Source: a virus. Taken from it: a stretch of 64,000 nt of DNA. The translations under genes and the position numbers were made by a program. The notes below the pieces were generated by a model. The model made no database searches. It saw nothing but the letters and a program-made list of their open reading frames with translations, and was not told where the DNA came from. The DNA lies in IMG/VR virus record IMGVR_UViG_3300030107_006707, positions 1 to 64,000 of that record; one strand, written 5' to 3'. Positions 13,801 through 22,400 of this stretch are shown piece after piece. Numbering within the stretch: the stretch's first letter is position 1; each line of letters begins with the position of its first letter.

Positions 13801-15753
13801 GTTACTACCTGTAACATAGGATTTATCTTTTATTGTTAAAACATTAGAAATCTGAGCGTAAAGCGTGTCTAAATAACTACCCATGATCTGGGTTAGGATT
13901 GCTATTTGCGATCCATTTTGCTCATCCTGCTCTATTATCCATCCTGGTAAGGTATAATATAAACTTGAGTTATTATTAAAGTCGTATGTCTCACCTAAAT
14001 TTGACAGGTCTGCTCTTCTAGAAATATAAGTTGGATGATTGCCGTATATGATTGGATCACCCGCCTCAAATGGAGCAGCACTAGATGACACTATAGCAGA
14101 GCCAGTATTTCTAGTCCCTGATGTAGAATACCCTGTCCATGTTCCGTTTGACAAACGTCCAGAATAATCTAATACCGTAGAATCAGTTGAAGAGTCTTCT
14201 GTTATACCTTCATTAAACTTAAAGTATACCCCTAGAGTGCTATTGTTATATGTTGTGTTTGCTCCGCCATTGACGGCCATATACCAATTTTGTCCTATCT
14301 CCACTGGATCTCTTGGCTCTTTCCAGAATCTAAATTCATCTAGAGATGCTGATAGCTTGCCATCGCCTGCGGGTATTACAGCACCGCCTGTAAAGTTAGC
14401 CACGTCAACTAAATTAACAGTGCCTGCGCCGTGTGCGACAGCACTGGTAATATTACCCGATGTGCCGCCCTTGTCTATTGTTAGGGTAACCTTAGTGCTT
14501 GTGCTACCTGCTGTGGCTGTTATACCCTGTATACCTGAACTAACTCCTGACCCAAAGGTGATTCTACTATCTGCGGTGCCATTAATTGCCTTTATGACAA
14601 GAGCCGCATTAGCTGCATCGCCTGACCCCGCAGTGCCTATATTGATGTGATTCGCTCCTGTGCTTGAGGGCGAGCCACCTGATGAGATATCAAATTTTAT
14701 TGTAACCGCAGTGTTAGTGCCGCCTGCGGCAACAGGTATTGTTATATTGAATTTGCTAGATGGATCACCAGCAGCTTGGTATCCAGACATATCAATGGCA
14801 TCTGTAGCAGTTGCTTGGGCTCCGTATCCACTTGGCTGTATTGGCCCTGGGGCTGTTCTTAGTGCGCCAAGGCGACCAATCAAACTACCTGTGACTAAAT
14901 TGATTGAAGACCCCGTAAGAATATTGTTTTGTTTGCAGGCTCCGTTTTCAAAAAGACTGATTGATGTTGAAGCTCCACTGTTTGTAAATACAAACGCATA
15001 ATGATCCCAAGAGCCGCTTCCTAATGTTAGCCCGCCTGCGGTTGGAACTGCTGCTTTGAATACACCACTTGATCCTGATTGATAAGAAACATAAAATCTA
15101 TCTGCTGATCCTGAATCTGTCTCAATGGTTAGGCGTCCATAATCATGTGATCCACTTGCCACACCGTTCCAAACATCTAAAATAACTTCTGTTGGTGATG
15201 ATACTGAACTATCAAACTCTGTCTTATTATAATAAAATTCTACGGTTGATCCACTAACTCCACCAAATTCTAAGTTATTTGATAGGTGTGATCCTGTTGC
15301 AAAAAATGTCCCAGTGTGTGGGCCACCTTTAAATTGTATGTGTTCAGCAGTAGTTGGTGTAGTATATCCTTGTTTAGACGCACCGTCAGCACCATATATT
15401 GCCCCTATTGTTACATATCCCGTAGATTTAGGGTATTCATTATCTAAAATATATTGTTCAAATGGCGTAAGGTCATTGAAAAATTCTAACTTATCTTTTG
15501 AACTACCATCATATGGGTAATAGTTTTTAACATATCCGAAAGTATCATAATAGTATCGGTATGCAGAACCATACTTCACAAAGTTTTCTGGCTTGGAGTA
15601 ATCTATCTTTGGTACAAACGTAGTATTCTTTTCAATAGCTTCTTGAACCTGTCCAATAGATTCAACACTATCAGCCAACTTCTTGCCTGTAGTAGTTGCA
15701 ACATTACCTATTTTGCCTGCTTTTTTAGCATCAAATAACTTTTTTATACTCAT
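4888..15753 (-). CDS. Giant (3621 aa) baseplate/tail structural protein with LamG-like domain, P2 gpI-like segment and inserted domains
   Basis: LamG/concanavalin-like motifs (TVEFY...WDHYAFVF...LDEFRFWK); baseplate gpI-like NNLSYILKSKGTRKSFTNTLRCLG; lies downstream of gp25- and gp6-like genes. Confidence 0.75.
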   Translation of the reverse strand: MSIKKLFDAKKAGKIGNVATTTGKKLADSVESIGQVQEAIEKNTTFVPKIDYSKPENFVKYGSAYRYYYDTFGYVKNYYPYDGSSKDKLEFFNDLTPFEQYILDNEYPKSTGYVTIGAIYGADGASKQGYTTPTTAEHIQFKGGPHTGTFFATGSHLSNNLEFGGVSGSTVEFYYNKTEFDSSVSSPTEVILDVWNGVASGSHDYGRLTIETDSGSADRFYVSYQSGSSGVFKAAVPTAGGLTLGSGSWDHYAFVFTNSGASTSISLFENGACKQNNILTGSSINLVTGSLIGRLGALRTAPGPIQPSGYGAQATATDAIDMSGYQAAGDPSSKFNITIPVAAGGTNTAVTIKFDISSGGSPSSTGANHINIGTAGSGDAANAALVIKAINGTADSRITFGSGVSSGIQGITATAGSTSTKVTLTIDKGGTSGNITSAVAHGAGTVNLVDVANFTGGAVIPAGDGKLSASLDEFRFWKEPRDPVEIGQNWYMAVNGGANTTYNNSTLGVYFKFNEGITEDSSTDSTVLDYSGRLSNGTWTGYSTSGTRNTGSAIVSSSAAPFEAGDPIIYGNHPTYISRRADLSNLGETYDFNNNSSLYYTLPGWIIEQDEQNGSQIAILTQIMGSYLDTLYAQISNVLTIKDKSYVTGSNLESPNNDRLLSSLGFEAPELFDSVNEIVRYLDKDDKRPLEKSIHQIKNVIYKNLYNNLSYILKSKGTRKSFTNTLRCLGIDEKLVKISTYGDNVSYPLTSSYKETSHESKYIDFTGLRRGDDTEASVYQFYYADGYDGGSSGIIQQNTSLGPNTFTLQADINFPLRPQPGSKNYITPASVTASLFGFHTPNSTSATATDTTWANPEVDYGLQVYSVHAQGEYSLISSEDAASKDVYFEVKDRLGNIILQTDTISDVYDDTRWVLSLNVRPETYPFAQDVDGAEIHNHKYIVELYGSNFISDQKNASFQNSSTVVYATGSNILTSAKRVYVGAHRTNNTGGILQRSDIRVGACRAWNSFLTSSDVDHQARIASVYGSQHPYRNTNTFQASGSDVYVPSIESLMLNWDFETVTGSDASGQFRVDDFTSGSNSSNYENNYQAAYASTQRHHSARGDFFKANDKPARKQYLPTLELQPPEEIASDDMITIILEGSDDDVFGRDRRPVRYSFAVEKSLYDGISSQMLNMFGSIKDFNNLIGEPVNKYRAEYKDLGKLREIFFRRVTNDKIDLDKYLDYYKWLDGSLTNMIEQLFPASAMVAPNVRNIVESHVLERNKYQHKYPTIEGYPFEPSGSIRGGFESQYSWRFNHHPPTMTGSLASAVDAIDLDGYQAAADPSTRFTIQIPVAAGGSNTTITIKFDVSSTSDPSSFGSNSITIATAGSDDAANAALVVKAINGTADDRITYGNDAGGGTDAITNIGVLGISAAQGSNTKKVTLTMTVAGTSGNISSAIAHGAGTVNLVDVNDFTGASDKILKEAQNENCSWWQGRADRDGVALSLGPNAAASAGVQLDRQNLFKVTGRSVLEQNRKKLYKFESVVTNNIVGGSNEFANKAKTNVLSFSSVASAKDCTDAVVPPGSPLEKVRQGFRVSIAGENFKGNRLAPFSLYNALNEGTHNKMLTDNGLSGSQITNLHEDAYFGSGYEVPMQGPFTNTHVGGLLARASGLRMQTDPTLRREKFRLSVSSGTGVLANIDTETGALSSGKGHYYRGLTSKSPVNIANIAHVTSSVSGNVLGNFDRTLNYQVVQTSGRSINNIDLRDDPTAYAPNPLLSPYVGDVVETPIPTRRGDQATISTRTSQKSVFTERFSAPGGVETSSPLYLDFYASELSPNNALPFRNTLTREIINGRLQVHQARGGQLGSVAGSLISSGFTVQDLNTGSFGFDVISRHDTQRNTLQRPVISGYFAGKSNIYTVTTGSVKDNAFITHPIPRADRLSWLQALSGSSSTSEHDLFNSGSVTPEVITVPSRSSLVQGTGYDGTLPGGTVIPATAEQQKLLLDGTSYNGSSAGGFNKFALSGSAFILSDANGVKYGVCLNLSGTTGPSGPEDDLLAAGVAANKIFHVTIQFSSNSGNVLDQISQSININAPDLDNSIVTHTTSSDNNPSNHTFTFATGTAITDVQPIAGPFTTINNDAVSYLAATSPSGTFTSRIGAVVLTQGGPAGFLRTQVFENMKDYREDDTSAVLSASDGTVQYRWGVGKNYNSWQQIRQSQIRNRESILPSNKVRIYDRTISDAGSVVEVEREISEPVVQYSYKPIVTTLSIVDDASPEDDQLVFRDIVIEHSYTNQKATFINGDVRTRLGGKPKSQMFVYDSLRDVKSITYSKKLSAEDTGIGRIKSHKLRQDIYPKVINANLSSSQVRDNFQYTRWRDDDEVFAALSKADPHKVVDGFGFIPATEENFVPEMARRAAAQNRQSPRWQVGYVNSQGYVIEQKFQYPFDSAEGVTAPRTGNGTASIWPMDSFAYGDGLFSGSHVMLTGVTVDISSAATNVDFFGGQASGVYNLAAGELMTFKFGAPGRTGSAPNQGYTPTPWYSKRSCHYMNQLMHLDFDSLTGNPVNYTQSVEQGSVGGVFFAPPWTAGRDRRAVDGPNKGSLIESRGPFYDTYKDFSEGQKQLGRGMSLIPEFRISEHIDLYEVQNFGDYYAFNSSSYSITGAADLASSAQNGFMARYQNTDFIRFLNQFMIDDKEINGLPSDLSLEVRGVQKVLPYDGFYPMVRSLQLATLFSQSYTPGATFEAETGTRGGGNQTDISGAGWQNVLDYFYAPGIMYNSIKSGMAVDHPVFINRDIRFNREPGEVGFFLSASGDPRTFAELSNYTKDSPIIRRNNHGIGVLNAGNFRMEVARIFKEKPLPRRLGTFEKTQPTGSEEFLAHLLYYPDRINFETIVNPTEYLLDNKFVNNQIFDWQANDITSSFYTYANNKYVKGAGNFFGAVPEVFLENSTLTTIASDPTLVNPGAIPVQSGTLYAMEISLRKTDNFNMYSNPIAFGPCTATGSAFDNNELLANAGVTGSLRDKYGSVLKADWGMVRFGARATSSNLSGSTPSGSVWPLLHGNNAPHTPPYWYGASWARVYFLPTGSGLLTLNEIIAASEIEYGNDNDYLFDFRFNDLNQTDVSAAYGSTTITQGTPMTHGNGGLGVPGYLWNRAWQNKMEIKASITVDNVHPGNIQPNDSWVIMPKWECPILDFPVRAEPWATNSGSYNFSASFAYANPDADIGLRNFIDGAFGKEACPQQGMWHQYGVTPNPGEGVQMLIKDLGSGEKEKRLKAVSVFKDSAGNLPSIIAEAEEQFLPKIPNSLVDITETGDRKREVRSLAKLVGFPAEVVNQPVNLGKVADRKEFSEAIVALPYFKDNDGQLQFIPIPIKDESNQVVQIFGKQTARLRRALTKYVLPPTIERRMSFLAPETYPRITEEDLSAKPINSRLDDENPPIAMYLFEFTTTFNKQDLADWWQGIMPEASKKFEKAKVYTIDHAMPGVGLQDFGAKPGAGGGKVDRRLRDLIDNSEFIHSSDKDSPGFRPDIQWMVFKVKQRAAGSYEEMIRNSLRFAGATIQEPTGQLAYEKRMKGFNWPYDFFSIVELAKIEAGVTFRPDIDEIDGDGDLNNKNVESLDGPDSRTEALRTNTRRSPGQGIKVN
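9313..9828 (-). other. Probable third, diverged in-frame insertion domain in the giant protein
   Basis: About 172-aa S/T/G/A-rich segment from ATAEQQKL to VLTQGG with a similar layout (FILSD..G, DQISQSIN, terminal xxGG) to the two clear repeats. Confidence 0.35.
11383..11844 (-). repeat. In-frame insertion domain, copy 2 (about 154 aa)
   Basis: SLASAVDAIDLDGYQAAADPS...IPVAAGG...DAANAALVVKAINGTAD...AHGAGTVNLVDVNDFTGA; aligns end to end with copy 1. Confidence 0.85.
14383..14820 (-). repeat. In-frame insertion domain, copy 1 (about 146 aa), interrupting the LamG-like domain
   Basis: AQATATDAIDMSGYQAAGDPS...IPVAAGG...DAANAALVIKAINGTAD...AHGAGTVNLVDVANFTGG; sits between GALRTAP and KLSASLDEFRFWK. 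Confidence 0.85.
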
Positions 15754-15755
15754 GT

Positions 15756-17237
15756 TTATGGATCTTCAACTCTAAATTTAAATACTTCTGGTTGCTCAAT
15801 ATAATCACCTTGTAACAAGTAAGCAAATTGGATACCGTAATTAAAACCTGATTCAAAAGGCTCCATATCAAGTTCAAAATAGTTTCCACTTACATCATAG
15901 GACATTCTAGTGTGATTTGTTGTACCAGTACCAAACGGTATAACCTCAAGATTATCTTCTATTCTAAATACTTTATAGTAAGCATCCTCAATAATAGTAT
16001 TTTCTATCTCTACTGATGCAACAGAATATATTGTTGGCTGCCATCGTTTCGGACGTACAAACACTCTAAATACTGGCTTATCGTCAGTAGAATACAGAGA
16101 ACTCAAATTTGTTATCTTAGACATATACGGTTCTGTTCTGTCTTCTAAGAGCAACTTATAGGAGGCTGGTTTAAACGAGCCAGTAAAGAATTCTGTTGAG
16201 CCGCTATGCCACACATCATTTAGTTCAGAAAATGAACTGGTGGTAGCAAACGAGGCGGTATAAATACCTGTTATCTCGTTGCCATTCTCAATCAACTTAC
16301 CAGCCTCAACGGCTGTGGTAGCAGCGCCCGTAATATCAGTTACGATGGCCCTTACACCAATAGGTGCGCCATCTGATGATGCTGTGTAGAACGCTACACT
16401 CAATCGGTTCTCCGAAAGACCTACTATATCTGTTAGTGTTCCTCGGAATCTATTGTAAAGATATAAAGTGTTCAAGTTATTTTCAGAAGACAAAACAGAA
16501 CTACTCAATATAAAACTACCTCTTTGGTCTTTTCTAGAGTCATCCCATCTTGCCTCAATAACTGGTTTTTGCATAACGAACTCTGTGCTTCTGCCGTGAA
16601 ACATCTTAGTGAATAAAGATCCTGATGATCCCGTTATTGCTGCTTGTGTTTGTTTTAATAAAAATCCATAGTTAGTTTTTGTTCCAGCAAGCCAGTTCTC
16701 TACAGCAGGTGTAACCTCTAGTTCTAGATCTTCATTACCTTTTACAAATGTTACTGACCCTGAAAAGTTGTTGACAGCAGCAAGGGCGTGGTAATCAGAT
16801 CCAGTCGTTGCCCATGCAGTGGTTGATGATGCACTTACCCAGTTACACTTGCCAATGTCTGTGTAATTTTCCATATCAAGTCCACGACCCTCATCCCAGC
16901 TAGCTGATAGTATTTTAACGTCAAGGGTTAGGTTTTCAGGGGTTGTATCTGCGTGCTCGGCATTAAACATCTTTAGGTAAAAGTTTACAGAGCCAGATGC
17001 GGGTATAGTTCCTGCTGATCTATCAGAACCTATTTTATTCAAATCAAACTGAATCAGTATCCTAGCTTCTTCAGCATTTTGCGCACTTATGCTTGCCGAT
17101 GTCTGCCCGTGAATAACAAATGTTTCAAGGATATCTGAAGCACCCATGTTAGATCCAGTGGCCTTGGTCCTAAGATCAGCTTTAAAGGCATTAGTAATAG
17201 TATTATCCTGAGTTGCATCGTATCTCTTGATAGCCAT
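15756..17237 (-). CDS. Virion protein with DNRLRE/CBM96-like domain
   Basis: DNTIT..NMG..ARILIQFDL...WDEG...W...LELEVT..VENWL.G..NYGFLLK pattern typical of DNRLRE (disaggregatase-related) domains. Confidence 0.6.
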   Translation of the reverse strand: MAIKRYDATQDNTITNAFKADLRTKATGSNMGASDILETFVIHGQTSASISAQNAEEARILIQFDLNKIGSDRSAGTIPASGSVNFYLKMFNAEHADTTPENLTLDVKILSASWDEGRGLDMENYTDIGKCNWVSASSTTAWATTGSDYHALAAVNNFSGSVTFVKGNEDLELEVTPAVENWLAGTKTNYGFLLKQTQAAITGSSGSLFTKMFHGRSTEFVMQKPVIEARWDDSRKDQRGSFILSSSVLSSENNLNTLYLYNRFRGTLTDIVGLSENRLSVAFYTASSDGAPIGVRAIVTDITGAATTAVEAGKLIENGNEITGIYTASFATTSSFSELNDVWHSGSTEFFTGSFKPASYKLLLEDRTEPYMSKITNLSSLYSTDDKPVFRVFVRPKRWQPTIYSVASVEIENTIIEDAYYKVFRIEDNLEVIPFGTGTTNHTRMSYDVSGNYFELDMEPFESGFNYGIQFAYLLQGDYIEQPEVFKFRVEDP

Positions 17238-19027
17238 TATCTAGCAACTCCTTGGACATCCTGATCAAAATCTTTGATTTCAAATACAACATTATCAGGG
17301 GCTGAAATAATTTTACCATCTGGGCTGGTGTTCAGGTCTATATCAAATGGGAACTGACTGTATCCAGCCTCTGTTTTTGCATCAACATTAACGAACACTG
17401 TGTCTATTACCCCTGGTACTCTATTAAGAACCCTAAACACGTCGGAGACATAAAATGGCTCACCCATATTCTTCTTGGTACCAAATTCATCTTTTATTTC
17501 GGCGATACAGTCGTTAATAACATCAAATTTATTGACGTCAACATCTGTTACCACTTCAAAGTCAATAGACAAGTTTATAACCTTTCCAGGGATGATATCA
17601 ATTGTATCATTGATCATTTTATACTGGTTTAGCCAGTTTTTTAAATTATTTAATAATGTTACCGTTGGAGTGATAAAATTCTCATTCTCATCTTCTGATA
17701 AAACAAACAAATTTAGGTTTCTTTTGAATGAATCCCTATCTTGTGAAACAGAGGCTCTTTTGATAGAACCAAAACCTCTTGGCATACGATAACATAATGC
17801 GATATAGTCTTGTTTAGTCACTGCTCTGTTTTGAGATGCATAAGAGTCAAACGCTCTAGTTCTAATTTCTTCTTGATCTGGTTCGGATACATCTCCTACA
17901 ATTGCGTCTTCGTTTGTACATTCCACAGTTGATAGAATAAACTCTATTATGTTATCTGATAAAGAAGATCTGTTTTTAAACACTAGGTCTGTTTCTAACG
18001 GTGTGGTTACTGTATTGACTGCGGCGTTTGCAGTGTTTGTATCGTTTGCACGATATGTGATAGTCAATACTGTGTTTTCAGGAGCAACACCAAACTTGTC
18101 ATTCTTTATTAAATTACTAGGATCAAAACTATCATCAGTTTCATAATTTCTCCCGTGTATATTAAGAACAACATCTGATGGATCTGCTATCAAATCAGTA
18201 GTAAGATTATCCGCTGACCCAAAACCAAATTGTATAAAGGTTTCACCATCTTCAAAATCAACAGTAAATCTTCTTGGTACTGGCTTAAGTCTAAGACTAT
18301 ATGGGACAGATGTTTTATCACTGGCTCTATTTTCTAACTGTTGATATATAACGTTTTGTGATAGGTATGGGACTTCAAAATATTCATTACCCTCGGTATC
18401 AAATATTGATACAATTTCGCTAATCCCAATCCCATCAAGTTTTAGTTTTAGAAATTTATTATAATCCGCAACGGTTATAGTTTCAGAAAACAACTCGCCT
18501 GATATAATGCGGCCCTTTGCCTTTACTGCAAAGTATGTTGGATCACCTGTGTCGGTATCTACTTTTGCTACAACTACTTCGTTAGCAGGGTTAGCTAAAT
18601 CTATATCTTCTTGAAGCGTAAATATACCGCCACCTTCAGCAGCAAATTTAGTACCCCTCTTTACAATTGGAAGATATTCTTCATCAACCCCTCTTGATGT
18701 GGTAGAAGCAGGAATCAATACGAAAACTGTGATTACGCCCTCAGTTGATGAAGTTCCTGTTGGCTTATACCCTAATTGTTTAGCGAGACGGTTAATGTTC
18801 TTGGTTTCTATTGCGCTGTCCAAAAAACCCTCATTGGTTTGGTAATCTAAATAAAACGACAGATTGTCACCGATGTAAGCTACAGTGTCTAGCATCAAAG
18901 AACCAAAGGATGCTTCATTGAAATCTTTAAATGAATCAGGATAATACCTCTTAGCATGATTAACCAAGGAATTTTTAATATCTTGGAAATCTCTACTAAC
19001 ATATTTTACAGGTCTTTTTTTAGCCAT
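17237..19027 (-). CDS. Baseplate wedge protein, T4 gp6 / baseplate J-like
   Basis: N-terminal YVSRDFQDIK..L...Y...DFNEAS.G.LMLD..AY..D.LSFY.D and C-terminal QNRAVTKQDY motifs. Confidence 0.88.
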   Translation of the reverse strand: MAKKRPVKYVSRDFQDIKNSLVNHAKRYYPDSFKDFNEASFGSLMLDTVAYIGDNLSFYLDYQTNEGFLDSAIETKNINRLAKQLGYKPTGTSSTEGVITVFVLIPASTTSRGVDEEYLPIVKRGTKFAAEGGGIFTLQEDIDLANPANEVVVAKVDTDTGDPTYFAVKAKGRIISGELFSETITVADYNKFLKLKLDGIGISEIVSIFDTEGNEYFEVPYLSQNVIYQQLENRASDKTSVPYSLRLKPVPRRFTVDFEDGETFIQFGFGSADNLTTDLIADPSDVVLNIHGRNYETDDSFDPSNLIKNDKFGVAPENTVLTITYRANDTNTANAAVNTVTTPLETDLVFKNRSSLSDNIIEFILSTVECTNEDAIVGDVSEPDQEEIRTRAFDSYASQNRAVTKQDYIALCYRMPRGFGSIKRASVSQDRDSFKRNLNLFVLSEDENENFITPTVTLLNNLKNWLNQYKMINDTIDIIPGKVINLSIDFEVVTDVDVNKFDVINDCIAEIKDEFGTKKNMGEPFYVSDVFRVLNRVPGVIDTVFVNVDAKTEAGYSQFPFDIDLNTSPDGKIISAPDNVVFEIKDFDQDVQGVAR

Positions 19028-19048
19028 ATTGTACCACCACTCTAATAT

Positions 19049-19447
19049 TTAGCTCGTTACTTCAGTTATAGTTAAGGTATCCGTATCATCTAAGGGTAAA
19101 ATGTCATAGACAATTTCTATTCTTAGTTCTTTTTCACCAATTAAACCAGGGTTAGACTCACTGTCAGCAAAATTAATACGGCGTACATTAACAAACGGCA
19201 TGTAATTAGATACCTGAGATTTTATCTCGTCGCTTATATTAGTAAGAACTATAGGATTAAATTGTTCAAAAAGGAAGTTCCTTAGACCGACACCAAAGTC
19301 TGGTAACATTACTCTTTCACCCTTAGCTGTTAGTATTAGATTTTTTAAGTTTTGCCTAATTGATTCACGAAGAGTTTTATTTAGCCCATATGCCCCGTCT
19401 TTAGAATCTATAGATAAAGGTAATGATGGTGAAATTCCAATGGCCAT
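19049..19447 (-). CDS. Baseplate wedge protein, gp25/GPW family
   Basis: IRQNLKNLILTAKGERVMLPDFGVGL..LFE signature; 132 aa; directly upstream of the gp6-like gene. Confidence 0.9.
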   Translation of the reverse strand: MAIGISPSLPLSIDSKDGAYGLNKTLRESIRQNLKNLILTAKGERVMLPDFGVGLRNFLFEQFNPIVLTNISDEIKSQVSNYMPFVNVRRINFADSESNPGLIGEKELRIEIVYDILPLDDTDTLTITEVTS

Positions 19448-22400
19448 TATTTAAAGCTTCCCTCTGATATACTAACCATTTTCTTAAGTATGGTGTCAGC
19501 CGTATTTTTAGTGCTACTAAACGTTGTACCAATCAAAGAATCTATATTAGTAGATGCATCTAAGTAAATAGTTGCCATAGCACATAATGCTTGTATTGGT
19601 GAGTAGACATTATCAGGTGGGTAACCTGGCACCTCGGGCTCACCTGGGGCACGGAGGCTATCCTTTTCAGCAAAGATTCTTTCTAAGTAATCAACCTCGT
19701 TATCTTGGGGAGGGCTAACGGCTTGGGCTGATTCAAGAATTCTTATTCTTATCTGTTGGGGAAGAAGGTCATAATATTCTTTGAATACAGCCCCGTAATC
19801 AAAGAAACCACCGCCACCAACTTCAGGAGACAAACGATAAAGATTTTCTTTGTTATTAATTGGATCAGAAAACAATGGCTCTATAATTGCATCAATCACT
19901 TCTTCTAAAGAGTAATCTTCTTGTATTACTTTATTATATACTTCATCTAATCTTTCGTCTTCTAAATCAAACCTAATTTTTCTAGCTAGGTAATTAACGA
20001 TCATTTTTCTCATAATTATGTCTGGTCCGCCTCGTCCTTCAGTTTCATTTGTGATCTCGGCGTCAGAAGATGCAAATTGTATCCTGCCCACTGGGGATTC
20101 TCCTCTAAACCCTTGTAGAGATCTACTATCGCTAAATATAGGCCATATTGAACAGAAATAAGGATAGACTCTTGCGCTGATACCAGAAAGCATATTTTTT
20201 CGCTTTGTTTTTTTCTCAAAGTTTGGACCAGCATTTATAAGTGTTGGAGCGTCTTCTATTTTAGAATACAATATATTATAAGCAGTTTCTATGTCAAATA
20301 GTGGCGATTCTATGTATTGTTGTCTTGGCGACTTGTCTGGCTTTTCTCGTCCAAATGGGAATGAAAAAGCTGCGTTTAAGAATTCTAAACCATCCCCCCG
20401 ATCATATACTATATTATCTAAAAATGGTTTTGGATAAGACCCAGCCTCTTGGGCAGTTGGTGGCCTCAGTATTGCATCCGCTTTATTGAAGCTGCTTACT
20501 ATTTGCCTTTTGCTAAAGCCAAACCCATGAATAAGCTGTGTGTTAACAGCAATTCGGCTCTCAGGTAATAGATCAATCGGATCACGGTCACGAGAGCCGT
20601 AGTTTTCTATTGGATTACTGTCTATAATTGATGGCATTGTTAGGTTTACTAACACATTACGATCATCCTTAGCTAAGGTAGGATTACTTAATATTTGCTG
20701 AAGATTAACACCTTTACGATAAATTATAATTTTGTTTGGTGAATCAAATTCTGTTTCGTCTTGCTGTCCAAGATAAAGACGCAAATTTCCTATTTGATAT
20801 TGTCCTATCTGACCTGAATACGATATGAGGGCGTTGTCTATCTCACGGTCTGGATCATCACCAAAGAGAAGCAATTTTGTTTGTTCATTTTCATTACCCA
20901 TAGTGATACAAGATATTCTGTCACCTCCAGAAAACAGTCCACCGCTTTTACTGCTAGCAAGCATAAATTTTTCTAATTCAATAAACACTGAACTATTCAT
21001 TGAGTTTTGCAGGGCTGTTTCAGACGAACCTTGTATATCACTAAGAACAGAGGGCATTGGTATTCCAGCCAGTGCATTTGCAAGACCATCCTCTGCTAGT
21101 GATTTTAAGTCGCACAAGGATTTGAGTTTTTCTGTGGCTGCTTCAATATTATCTAAAGCTTGATTTTTTTGATCCTCATCAGTCAACCCCTTATTTCTCA
21201 GCAGATCTTTAGATATTTGTGCAGCATTAACAAAATCCCTTTCATCACAAAATTCTACATAATATTTTTCTGGGACAAAATCCAGTAGGGCGGAACGAGG
21301 AATAGACTGACCTATATCTTTAAACGTATTTTTACCTTGAGCAGGATCTAATCCAAATCTTTCCATTAGTTCCTCTACAATAGCCAATAATATTGTGCCT
21401 GGATCTCCTTCTAATAAAGATCTGATTTCTGCTGCATTAAGTGTCGCAGATAAAACTTCCATAAAGTTCTCTAAGTTTTCTAAACTTGAGTTTAGTTTGT
21501 TGGCCACTGCTTCTAGGTCTATTCCTTGATCTTTCAAAAAATCGTTTAACTTTTTAGCGCCAAAGTTTAGTGCTTGGTTTGGGTCTGGTAGTTTTGCTGC
21601 CAAGTCGTCTGCTAAGGAGGCTGGGAGACCATCGCACCCAAGGAAAGATTCTAATCCTTCTATGACAAGTGCCAGCAAAACTTCAGTTAGTGCTTTTTCT
21701 ATAGCCTCTTTTACTATCTTACGGATAAAGTCTAAAAGCCCCATGATTGGTATAAGCGGAATATTAATACCAAAATAATTTGACACTCTTTCAGGACTTA
21801 TAACATCTTCTAAATTGTTAATGTCTAGATCCTCTAATTTTATTCCGTTAAATAATTCCTCAACTAATGACTTGCCTACAAAGTCCATAACGCAAGACAG
21901 TTCGTCATCAACAAACTTATCAAATCTATCTGAGAACGCATTGAGTCCCTCGGGAGAAAAACCTTCCACCAAGTCTAATAACGCAAAGTTTTTCTTTAGG
22001 TCTTGTAGTGATTTGTTAGCAAGCTCCCCAAATAGTTCTAAGAGTGTTATCCTATCAAGTACAATATCAAATATATCTTCAATAGACTTTATTTGTTTGG
22101 CTAGTTCTGGGAGATTATCGCAGTTTAAAACGGCGTCCTGGGCTTTGATCTCTAAGTTCTTAACTCGGCTAGATCTTGCCGATTCTTTCTCTTCTTTTTC
22201 TGGGTCATTCTCATAAGCAAATAGTGAACCCTCAGTAACAGATCGTGGCTCTAAAGAGTTGGTAACACCTTGACCTGTTGCTACACCATCACCTGAAACG
22301 TTTGTCTCAATCTCTGTTGGGCTTTCTTCATCTGATCCCTGAACTGGCTTAGCTTTGTCTGGATTAATCTCTGGCACTGGGAATGTATAAAGTTGTAAGA

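Noticed and set aside
11383-14820. Inserted modules as inteins or DGR template/variable repeats
   Set aside because: No C/S...HN splice motifs or endonuclease; differences are mostly synonymous and not adenine-specific; no reverse transcriptase in the window.
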